Source of the DNA: Candidatus Poribacteria bacterium
GTDB taxonomy: Bacteria; Poribacteria; WGA-4E; JAJDTR01
Assembly (NCBI GenBank): GCA_965222225.1
Contig: CBDCTK010000002.1
Location: 2,176,001 to 2,240,000, forward strand
Direction: 5' to 3'
DNA length: 64,000 nt
The notes under the pieces were generated by a model that saw only the letters and a list, made by a program, of their open reading frames with translations, ran no database searches and had not been told where the DNA came from. Below are positions 19,194 through 27,114 of this stretch, one piece after another. Both the position numbers and the translations under genes were made by a program. Position 1 is the stretch's first letter; each line of letters starts with the position of its first letter.

Positions 19194-19370
19194 AGAGCCT
19201 GTTTGAAAATTCATTTCGGGTAGAACTTGTGCCCTGAAACCGATCAAATGAGCGAATAGTGAGTGCGATAGAAATCCTGACAGGTGTATAGCAGGCGACC
19301 ACAAAAGCATGAAAAAGCCGCGCCCAAAGTGACCGAAATTGCTTTGCCACCTATTATTCAAACCGGCTCT
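19194..19370. mobile_element. MITE-like element, second copy
   Basis: AGAGCCTGTTTGAAAAT ... ATTATTCAAACCGGCTCT; contains GCCC..GACAGGTGTATAGC with an internal GATCAA..GCGATAG unit. Confidence 0.65.
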
Positions 19371-19641
19371 AAGTGGTTTGCTCGCTAAGTATAAAGGTAT
19401 AATTTACTGTGACAGTATTCTAGTTAACCGAGTTATATACTGAATGTCTAAAAATTTATCACTGATGAATATATCATAAAGATTTAGAAAGTAAACCACT
19501 AAGTTCGACTTTGTACCTTTAAGCCGAATAACAGACGGTGTCAATCAAGCGTTGAAGAAAAGTGGAAGAGATTTTAGCCATCGGGCCTTTTTGGTTGACC
19601 ATTGAAAAAGTCGGCAGTGGTTTCTGCGACCATGCAGAACG

Positions 19642-19733
19642 TGTTAGGTTTCGCTTGAATTTTGGTGTTGCACGGCGGGGCAAGATGCCCCGTCTACGGA
19701 TTTGGTGCTGCACCGCTTTACGTTCAATCCAAC
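19642..19733 (-). repeat. Nested REPs
   Basis: Minus strand: GTTGGATTGA..[GTAGACGGGGCATCTTGCCCCG]..GAAACCTAAC. Confidence 0.65.
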
Positions 19734-19788
19734 TGTTGTACGTTTGTACAAAGTCGAGCTAAGGAAGTTACAGGTAAGGTAAACAATC

Positions 19789-20262
19789 GTGGATGAATTA
19801 ATTCAACTAATTCCGTTCATCATCATTGCACTGACTCTACTGGGACGCGTTTTTCTCCGCAAGAAGCCGCGGGAATCGGAACCGGAGGTTGTGCTGGAGG
19901 ATGAACGGGAAGTAACGCTGCCACCTTGGGGTAACATTGCAACCACGGATGACAATACCGGCGGGCCTTTACCTGACTTCTTGGAACTAGACGAACGGTC
20001 GCCATCACCGAAACCTAGTCCATCAGTAACAGCGGCGAAAGAAACTCAACCTCCGCCTGATACTACAGCGTCGAAACCAATTGAGCGTCCCACTTTAAAT
20101 CAGGCAGAGGAACGAAAAGAAGCCACTCCTGTCCGAACAGCGCCTCGTACAATTGCGGGCATTTCTCTAACATCTCAGACGATTCGTCAGGGAATCATAC
20201 TGCGCGAAATCCTTGGGCCTCCCAAATCCCTCCGACGCCGCCGTGCTGAAACAGAAAACTAG
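19789..20262 (+). CDS. YqfB-like flotillin-operon protein
   Basis: N-terminal TM, Pro-rich linker, C-terminal IRQGIILREILGPPKSLR as in proteins downstream of floA. Confidence 0.7.
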   Translation: MDELIQLIPFIIIALTLLGRVFLRKKPRESEPEVVLEDEREVTLPPWGNIATTDDNTGGPLPDFLELDERSPSPKPSPSVTAAKETQPPPDTTASKPIERPTLNQAEERKEATPVRTAPRTIAGISLTSQTIRQGIILREILGPPKSLRRRRAETEN

Positions 20263-20338
20263 AGAAATGGGCAAGATTGTGGGGTAAGGAAATGATAATC
20301 CCCTCACAGAAGATAAGCCTGTCGTAAAGCGAGGCTGA

Positions 20339-21700
20339 CTACGATTCACGCTCAATTTCATATTGGCGCATTTTCCGATGCAAATGGGTTCGCTCAATGC
20401 CGAGTTGTTTTGCCGTTTCGGTGATGTTCCAACTGTTTCCCTTGAGACAGTTGAGGATAAAACGGCTTTCAAATTCTTGCCGCGCATCCTTGAGCGATGT
20501 CTCCGAATTGTCCCCGCCAGCGCTGTTCCGCCGGGTTTCCTCCGATAAATCGCTTTCGTCTATCGTTTGACTCGGACACAATATTACCACTCTCTCCATG
20601 AGATTGCGCAACTCGCGAACATTGCCCCGCCAGTCGCGTCTTCGAAGATTGTTCATGGCGGCATCGCTTAGGGACATCGTCTGTTTCCCGTTTTCACGAT
20701 AGAATCGCGACAAGAAATAATCCACAAGCAACGGGAGATCTTCAATCCGCTCTCGCAGCGCCGGGCTATGGATGGGGACAACGTTCAAGCGGTAGTAAAG
20801 ATCTTCTCGAAAATTGCCCTTTTCAATTTCGTCGGGGAGATGCTTGTTCGTCGCCGAGATAACGCGGACATCCGTCTTGAGCGTTTGGTTTCCACCGACT
20901 CGCTCATATTCCCGTTCCTCCAAGACGCGCAGTACTTTTGCCTGCGTCGACAAACTCATGTCTCCAATCTCGTCCAGGAAAATTGTCCCGCCATCCGCTT
21001 GTTCGAACTTCCCGACTCGTTTCTTGGATGCTCCCGTAAACGAGCCTGCCTCATGCCCAAACAGTTCGGATTCGATCAGTTCTTGGGGGATTGCCGCACA
21101 ATTGACTTTGACGAGCGGTGCTTCAGTCCGCTCGCTGAAGGCGTGGATGGCGTGGGCGATGAGTTCCTTGCCTGTGCCGCTCTCGCCGGTGATGAACACC
21201 CGTCCATTTGTCGGTGCCACCTGCCGAATCTTCAGTAGAATCTCCTGAATCTGGGGGCTGTCTCCAACAATTCCGTGTGCGCTCGCTTCCGCGTCGCCGT
21301 CTCTCTGGGAATGCCTAATGGCAATTTTCTCACTAATCGTTTCAACCTTGCTCAAGATGCTGTCAAGCGAGAGCGGTTTCCCCAAGAAGTCGGAGGCGCC
21401 TAGCTGTCCGGCTTCTAGGGCAAGGTCAAACGTTCCGTGACCGGAAATCATGATGATTTTTGCATCGGGTGATATTTGCCGTATCCGCTTCAGCGTTTCA
21501 ATCCCATCCATCCCGCCGGGCATAAGAATGTCCAAGAAAACGAGATCTATGTGCTCGCCCGCAAGACTACGAACCCCCTCCTCGCCGCTAAGAGCGGTTT
21601 GGACGGTGTAACCCTCGTCTTCCAAGACGCCTTGCAGGGACTCGCAAATGCTGATTTCGTCGTCAATAACTAGAATGTTGGGTTTGAATTTGGAGTGCAT
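20339..21700 (-). CDS. Sigma54-dependent response regulator (NtrX/NtrC family)
   Basis: Receiver (ILVIDDE, FLDI), GESGTGKE, GSFTGA, FLDEIGDM, FREDLYYRLNV, C-terminal Fis HTH. Confidence 0.92.
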   Translation of the reverse strand: MHSKFKPNILVIDDEISICESLQGVLEDEGYTVQTALSGEEGVRSLAGEHIDLVFLDILMPGGMDGIETLKRIRQISPDAKIIMISGHGTFDLALEAGQLGASDFLGKPLSLDSILSKVETISEKIAIRHSQRDGDAEASAHGIVGDSPQIQEILLKIRQVAPTNGRVFITGESGTGKELIAHAIHAFSERTEAPLVKVNCAAIPQELIESELFGHEAGSFTGASKKRVGKFEQADGGTIFLDEIGDMSLSTQAKVLRVLEEREYERVGGNQTLKTDVRVISATNKHLPDEIEKGNFREDLYYRLNVVPIHSPALRERIEDLPLLVDYFLSRFYRENGKQTMSLSDAAMNNLRRRDWRGNVRELRNLMERVVILCPSQTIDESDLSEETRRNSAGGDNSETSLKDARQEFESRFILNCLKGNSWNITETAKQLGIERTHLHRKMRQYEIERES

Positions 21701-21713
21701 GGTTTTTTGTGAT

Positions 21714-21778
21714 ATTAGGACTTACGCAGTTTAGATTGTAGGGAACGCAGAACTGCGTTCCCTACTTGCGTGATTCAT
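21714..21778. repeat. ~65-bp GTAG-REP-containing element
   Basis: ATTAGGACTTACGCA..GTAGGGAACGCAGAACTGCGTTCCCTAC..GATTCAT; inverted homologue of 3349-3412. Confidence 0.85.
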
Positions 21779-21983
21779 TGGGCAGCAGGATGTGTACGGA
21801 TTTCAGCGCTTAACGGAAGTCCCTCCTCCGCACGAACGGCTAAACATTCGGTGATAGCATCCCTGATGTTTTCCAACGCTTCCTCCTCGGTCCGTCCCTG
21901 AGAGACACAACCCGGAATTGCCGGGCATTCTGCGACATACCAACCATCTTCGTCTTTTTCAAGGGTTACAATCCATTTTGCAT
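21775..21983 (-). pseudogene. HicB-family antitoxin, frameshifted directly after the start codon
   Basis: KWIVTLEKDEDGWYVAECPAIPGCVSQGRTEEEALENIRDAI; GGAGG RBS and ATG are 2 nt out of frame (ATG-CA-AAA-TGG); not in the ORF track. Confidence 0.8.
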
Positions 21984-22083
21984 TCTATTTTCCTCCATCA
22001 GTGAATAGTGCGTGTACATGTGGTCGAAAGTCTAATGCCGGTTTCCTCGTCATTTATTAAAACGATCAGAACGTCGCGTAAAT

Positions 22084-23145
22084 TCATAATATCCGACTCT
22101 CATATGACAGGTCGTCCTTGTCATAACCAAAGTTGGCAATCAGATTTTCTGCGCGCCTCTTAATCACTTCAGAGCCACCAGAGGTTTCAACAAAGATCTC
22201 TGTCCCGTTAATTTGCTTCGGGGCAGTAAAGTCGCTGGCGTTTCTTGAAAAGGGCGATTTGATTTTTCCTTTGAAACTCAACACCTCCTCAAAGCGGTTC
22301 CCGTGTATCTCATGGATTACCTCACATAATCGGACAAACATTTCACGCCACGATTGGACCTCATATCTCCTCCCGTCAAATGTAAATGCCGTTGCTTTCG
22401 TGAGTTTCAAGGAACTAGAAGGTTTTGGTTCAGGGGGTGCATTAGGCTCTGAAGGAGGAACAGGAGTGGTTAGAAGCGGCGTTATCTGTATTTGTTCGAG
22501 ATGCCCGGAGAGGAATTGCTCTACTTCGTTTCTATCCGGCTGACGTACACATAATCTATGTGTACGTTTTGCGAGGAGATTTACAACTGAACTATCAGGC
22601 TCACTTACTAGTTGATTCCATACCTCTGGCAGGGCCTCTAAAATTTGGTGTCTCTCGGCATTTTGGATGGTTCTCCCAGAGAAAACATTGTCTTTACTGA
22701 GAAGGTCAACCAACTTTTGCGCAATCTCAGTGCTATCTTGTCGATCAAGTTCCAGAGCTGCGACCCTTCTCCGCTCCCAACTTACCGCTCGAATCGGCAG
22801 GTAAAACCACCAGGTTGCGCCGTTGGTGAGTATTGCGATTTCAACACCTTCGGCAAAAGCGTAATCGAGCAGTTGCTCGCCATGTCTTTCCAACGATTCG
22901 CCACCTCTTTTCGCCTCAATGAAGACCTTCAACGTGTCGTCGCAAAACAGTGCATAGTCTACAGATCGACTGCCTACAGAATATTCACGCCCCACCTCAT
23001 CAGGATCCACCACATCCCAACCCAGTTCGCGAAAAATTGGTTCTATGGCAGTGGCTTTTGTGTTAGCTTCATCAAACGAGGTTAAGCGCCCACTTGATAT
23101 ATATCCTTGAATTCTTTCTATCTCCCTCCGTACTTCATCAACCAT
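22084..23145 (-). CDS. HsdR_N-type PD-(D/E)XK endonuclease with C-terminal SeqA-like domain
   Basis: EANTK..I.PI..LGW, VDY..IEAK, QL.DY, ILTNG; Pro-rich linker; C-terminal KG...FSRN...PKQINGT.IFVET; ATG 23145 after GGAGG. Confidence 0.7.
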   Translation of the reverse strand: MVDEVRREIERIQGYISSGRLTSFDEANTKATAIEPIFRELGWDVVDPDEVGREYSVGSRSVDYALFCDDTLKVFIEAKRGGESLERHGEQLLDYAFAEGVEIAILTNGATWWFYLPIRAVSWERRRVAALELDRQDSTEIAQKLVDLLSKDNVFSGRTIQNAERHQILEALPEVWNQLVSEPDSSVVNLLAKRTHRLCVRQPDRNEVEQFLSGHLEQIQITPLLTTPVPPSEPNAPPEPKPSSSLKLTKATAFTFDGRRYEVQSWREMFVRLCEVIHEIHGNRFEEVLSFKGKIKSPFSRNASDFTAPKQINGTEIFVETSGGSEVIKRRAENLIANFGYDKDDLSYESRIL

Positions 23146-23167
23146 CTCTTTCCTCCATAATGTAGGT

Positions 23168-24808
23168 TCATCCAATTGTGGTCGTTTTCAGCCACAACAT
23201 AAACGTTGTCCCGGGCTGTCCGGGTTCGGCGTCTTCGAGGTGAATGTCACCCCCGAGATCCGTCATAATCTTCTTGACGATTGCCAACCCGAGCCCCATG
23301 CCATCCCTTTTCGTCGAAACATGAGGTGTGAATATCTTCTCTCGCACCTCGGGCGGAATCCCTCTCCCGGCGTCAGCGAAGTGAACGTACACCCTAGATT
23401 TGTCGAGGGACGGGAATGTCCGAATGGTCAACATTCCTTTCTCCATGTCATCCATCGACTCAAGTCCGTTCTTAATCAGGTTCAGGAAGGCGCGTTTCAG
23501 ATGCTCGGCATCCCCCACAACAGGTGGCAAATCAGAAGGGACCTCCATTCGCACTTCGACGTGGGGCGGAAACTCGCCGAATATATCTATCGTGGCTTCG
23601 ATAACCTCATCCAGCTTGAGAGATGATAGCTCCGGCGCTGGCAGCCGGGCGAGTTGCGAGAATTCGTCAAGCAGATGGCGTAAACCTTCAACCGCTGTAA
23701 TGATTGTTTGCGTGCACTGTTCGAGCAGCTCCGCATATTCACCCGGGTTGGTATGGTAACGACGATGAAGTCGCTGCGCAGAGAGTTGAATCGGCGTTAA
23801 CGGATTCTTGATTTCATGTGCCAGTTTCTGTGCTATCTCTTGCCAAGCCGCGATTTTTTCGGCGCGCTTTAACTCTTCGGTCCGCCGCCGCAGGTCGCCA
23901 ACCATCTGATTGAATGCTCTCGCCAACACAGCAAACTCATCTTTGCTTCGAACTTTGACCTCGTAGTCCAGGTTTCCATCGACAATCTCCTCTGTACCTT
24001 TGACAATTGACTGGATCGGGGTGTTGATTCCTTTGGCAAGAATGCGGCTTAACCAAAATGAGAGCCCAATCACCACGGCAGCCGTGATTAACAGCGCGAT
24101 AAAAGTCAATCGTTTTTCCGTTCGCCGATATTCTAGCTGGTCTTCGTCGATACCCGTGGCTAACGCGCCGATATTTGTCGCCAGAGCATCAACCCGACCC
24201 TGAATTGTCGCCAGAGCATCAACCCGACCCTGAATTGTCGCCAACTGGTCGCGTGCCTGAGCCGTGGTTAATGGAATCAACTTGCCAACGACGATTGCCC
24301 CGAGACGAGAGGTTCCATCTTCCGAAAAGATTGGCATCCCGGAAATCAGAACGCCTTGGTGCTTTAATTCCTCGGACGTGGTCGGATCTTCGGGCAACTC
24401 ATTTAAGGGGTAAAGAAAATCGGTGAGGTCCGTTGGTGGTATGTCGGGATGCGTGCGATAAATCGTCTGTCCCGATTGGTCGTACAGTGCGAGGATATAT
24501 TCCTGATACGCATCAGCGAGTTCGGTCATTCGCTGATTGATGAGACTGGAATCGGCTGGCGTTTCCAAAGCAGCCACTAAATCCGGATCAAGCGCTAACT
24601 CTTCAGCCGTAAACGTCAGCGGCTGATTTTCATGCAGTTCAAGTTGATAGGCAAGCTTCTTCGCATTTTCCAACGTTGCCGCGATCTTATAGTCCGCCCA
24701 GTGTTCAATGCTTTGGCTAATCAGATGGTAGGCGACCAGAACAAGGATAATTGTCGGAAACAGCGCCATCCCCGTAAAGGCCAATAGTAGCTTGCGTTGG
24801 AACTTCAT
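23168..24808 (-). CDS. Sensor histidine kinase (NtrY-like; TM-HAMP-HisKA-HATPase)
   Basis: AWQEIAQKLAHEIKNPLTPIQLSAQRL, NLIKNG, DAGRGI, GMGLGL. Confidence 0.92.
   Translation of the reverse strand: MKFQRKLLLAFTGMALFPTIILVLVAYHLISQSIEHWADYKIAATLENAKKLAYQLELHENQPLTFTAEELALDPDLVAALETPADSSLINQRMTELADAYQEYILALYDQSGQTIYRTHPDIPPTDLTDFLYPLNELPEDPTTSEELKHQGVLISGMPIFSEDGTSRLGAIVVGKLIPLTTAQARDQLATIQGRVDALATIQGRVDALATNIGALATGIDEDQLEYRRTEKRLTFIALLITAAVVIGLSFWLSRILAKGINTPIQSIVKGTEEIVDGNLDYEVKVRSKDEFAVLARAFNQMVGDLRRRTEELKRAEKIAAWQEIAQKLAHEIKNPLTPIQLSAQRLHRRYHTNPGEYAELLEQCTQTIITAVEGLRHLLDEFSQLARLPAPELSSLKLDEVIEATIDIFGEFPPHVEVRMEVPSDLPPVVGDAEHLKRAFLNLIKNGLESMDDMEKGMLTIRTFPSLDKSRVYVHFADAGRGIPPEVREKIFTPHVSTKRDGMGLGLAIVKKIMTDLGGDIHLEDAEPGQPGTTFMLWLKTTTIG
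24175..24243. repeat. Perfect 30-bp in-frame tandem duplication
   Basis: TTGTCGCCAGAGCATCAACCCGACCCTGAA x2 plus TTGTCGCCA; encodes LATIQGRVDA x2. Confidence 0.95.
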
Positions 24809-24867
24809 TAGCTGCCAAACGAGAATTGTACTCCGTTAAGTGGAATGCCCTAACAACGTTCAAACTC

Positions 24868-25743
24868 CTATATCAGATTCGTGAGTTCCAAGGTACGGCG
24901 CAGTTGCTCCAGATTCGCGGAGGTCATCGGCGCGAGAGGGAGACGCATCTTTCCGTTCAGTTTGCCCATTAACATTAGAGCGGTTTTCGCGGGGATGGGA
25001 TTCGTCTCAATAAAGAGGTCAACCGCCAACGGCATGGTCTCATAGTGCAGTTTTCGGGCGAGTTCAACATTACCCGCTTTGAAAGCGCCGCACAGCTCGG
25101 CAATGGGCGCGGGATCGACATTTGCCACAACAGAGATAACGCCTTTTCCGCCGACGGAGAGGATTGGCAACGTATTCACATCATCGCCCGAAAGCACGAC
25201 GAAATCGTAGGGGCACATGGAAATGACTTCGCTGGCGCGTTTGAGGTCGCCTGTGGCTTCCTTGAGTCCGACGATGTTCGGGTGTTCGGCAAGTCGAGCA
25301 ACCGTTACCGACAGAATGTCTGTGCCGCATCTGCCGGGGACGTTGTAAATGATAATCGGGATGTCGACGCTGTCGGCAATCTTCATGTAGTGGGCATAAA
25401 GACCATTCTGCGTTGGCTTGTTGTAATACGGCGTAACGATGAGCACCCCGTCTGCCCCGGCAGCTTTCGCATGCTCCGTTGCGTGCAATGTGCGCGTTGT
25501 CGAATTTGAACCTGTTCCCGCAATTACTGGCAGTCGGCCGTTGACCGTTTGGACAGCCAACTCGACGACGCGATTGTGCTCTTCATCCGAAAGTGCAGGA
25601 GACTCACCGGTTGTGCCACAGGGAACAATTCCGTCTGTGCCACCTTCAATCTGGAACTCCAGGAGTTCTTTGAGCTTGCTTTCGTCAAGCGATTCATCGT
25701 CCTTGAACGGCGTTACGAGTGCGACGAAGGATCCTTCGAACAT
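24868..25743 (-). CDS. dapA: 4-hydroxy-tetrahydrodipicolinate synthase
   Basis: ALVTPF, GTTGES, PYYNKP, YNVPGR, GLKEA, ETNPIP. Confidence 0.97.
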   Translation of the reverse strand: MFEGSFVALVTPFKDDESLDESKLKELLEFQIEGGTDGIVPCGTTGESPALSDEEHNRVVELAVQTVNGRLPVIAGTGSNSTTRTLHATEHAKAAGADGVLIVTPYYNKPTQNGLYAHYMKIADSVDIPIIIYNVPGRCGTDILSVTVARLAEHPNIVGLKEATGDLKRASEVISMCPYDFVVLSGDDVNTLPILSVGGKGVISVVANVDPAPIAELCGAFKAGNVELARKLHYETMPLAVDLFIETNPIPAKTALMLMGKLNGKMRLPLAPMTSANLEQLRRTLELTNLI

Positions 25744-26039
25744 GTCAGAACCTCCTTCAAATCAGTGGAAAAACCGTGGTCATACGTCCTGTGAATCGTC
25801 CTTTGAGGATTCTGTAAGGGTAGAAAAACAGGCTGCGTCACCCTGCTGTTTCCTATCGCAGGTGAAACCCTCTTTGTCGGGCATGTATTCAGTTATGCGT
25901 TTTTTTGAGTTGTAGTGAGATTGTCTAATCTGAGTGCGCAAAGTCCTAGAAACATCGTCAGGTAAATGACGGCTTCCGGTAGAGAACAATTTTTTCCCAA
26001 TTTCACACAGCGTGCACCGTCAATGTTGCTTTTTTAATT

Positions 26040-26477
26040 CTAGGAGTCCGACGCGCTACGCCATAGGTGGCAGCCAGTTGATCCAGCCACTAACACCAAC
26101 AAACCGTCAATAAACTCCCACCATACATCTTTTGCCGCTATACCGGCAGCGGGCAGGTTGTCTAGAAAAAAGTCGTAGGTCAAAAAGTTGGTGAAGAACC
26201 AAGGCGCCCGCAAGAGCGAGGCATAGAAAGCCACGTTGGCTTCCAAATACTCACGCGTGATTGGACTATCGGCTCCCCCATTTCCAACGGCTCGCTTCCG
26301 GGCGATATTCACGATTAACGCTACCAACACGGAGAACGCCATGAACCAATTCACAAATTTCCAGATCGGATATTGTGGAGATCCGTCGTGGTGGATCGGG
26401 GTAGTCACCCAGTTTATACCTACGACAATAGCGGTAGCTACGAGAATGATCCCGAGTATCCGTTTCAACGCTGACAT
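26040..26477 (-). CDS. Hypothetical 4-TM membrane protein
   Basis: GGAGG RBS, four hydrophobic segments, consensus promoter upstream. Confidence 0.6.
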   Translation of the reverse strand: MSALKRILGIILVATAIVVGINWVTTPIHHDGSPQYPIWKFVNWFMAFSVLVALIVNIARKRAVGNGGADSPITREYLEANVAFYASLLRAPWFFTNFLTYDFFLDNLPAAGIAAKDVWWEFIDGLLVLVAGSTGCHLWRSASDS

Positions 26478-26622
26478 AAGTCATTGCCTCCCGATTTTAA
26501 TAACCGTGGTCGAATCAAGCGTATCAAAACTAAACGAGCTATATTCACCGCAACCCAAGTCGACTGTTCGGGACGCCCGACGCTTCTCGGAATTGTTGAC
26601 CGCCCCAAATTAGCACCGACGG

Positions 26623-26651
26623 ATTATAGAATAGCCGGGTAAGACTGTCAA
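26623..26651 (-). promoter_or_regulatory. Sigma70-type promoter
   Basis: Minus strand TTGACA-17bp-TATAAT. Confidence 0.8.
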
Positions 26652-26692
26652 GCAAATTCAATAACTTAACCCAGGGGAAAACGCATCTGATT

Positions 26693-26891
26693 GTAGGAAT
26701 CAAGCGGAGTGAATAGATCAAGAGAGTGCGTAACGACCACGATAAAGATCACAGTGCAATAGGACGCTCTTCAAGCGGTTGAGTACGGAGTAGGAGTTCC
26801 TATCGATCAAAGGAACGGATAGTGACTGCGATAGAATTTCTCCCTCCTTAATCAGTCGGTTGATCGATAGAGATCCCTCGTTATTCCCTAC
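26693..26891. repeat. Two GTAGG-initiated clusters of GATCAA..GCGATAG units
   Basis: 26693-26750 tandem forward units; 26790-26891 GTAGG + forward, reverse and partial units + CCCTAC. Confidence 0.85.
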
Positions 26892-26998
26892 AAAAATCCT
26901 GGGACATGAGATTATCGTAGAAAATCATCATTTCTGCTTATTGCACAGATCGTGTTTAATATCAGGCGGGATTGCCTCGGCACATCGGAGAAAAACTG

Positions 26999-27027
26999 TT
27001 GACAAAGATTCCATTAACCTGTATACT
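26999..27027 (+). promoter_or_regulatory. Sigma70-type promoter
   Basis: TTGACA-17bp-TATACT. Confidence 0.75.
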
Positions 27028-27114
27028 TAAAAGATGTGTTGTGGACTCAAGTTTCCCCTAGTACCAACAGATAGAACCCCTTTCAAAACCACACTGTTCA
27101 GGAGAAAAGATCTC

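Noticed and set aside
25760-26030. Lysine riboswitch or 6S RNA upstream of dapA
   Set aside because: Characteristic conserved motifs were not recognised; only generic hairpins are present.
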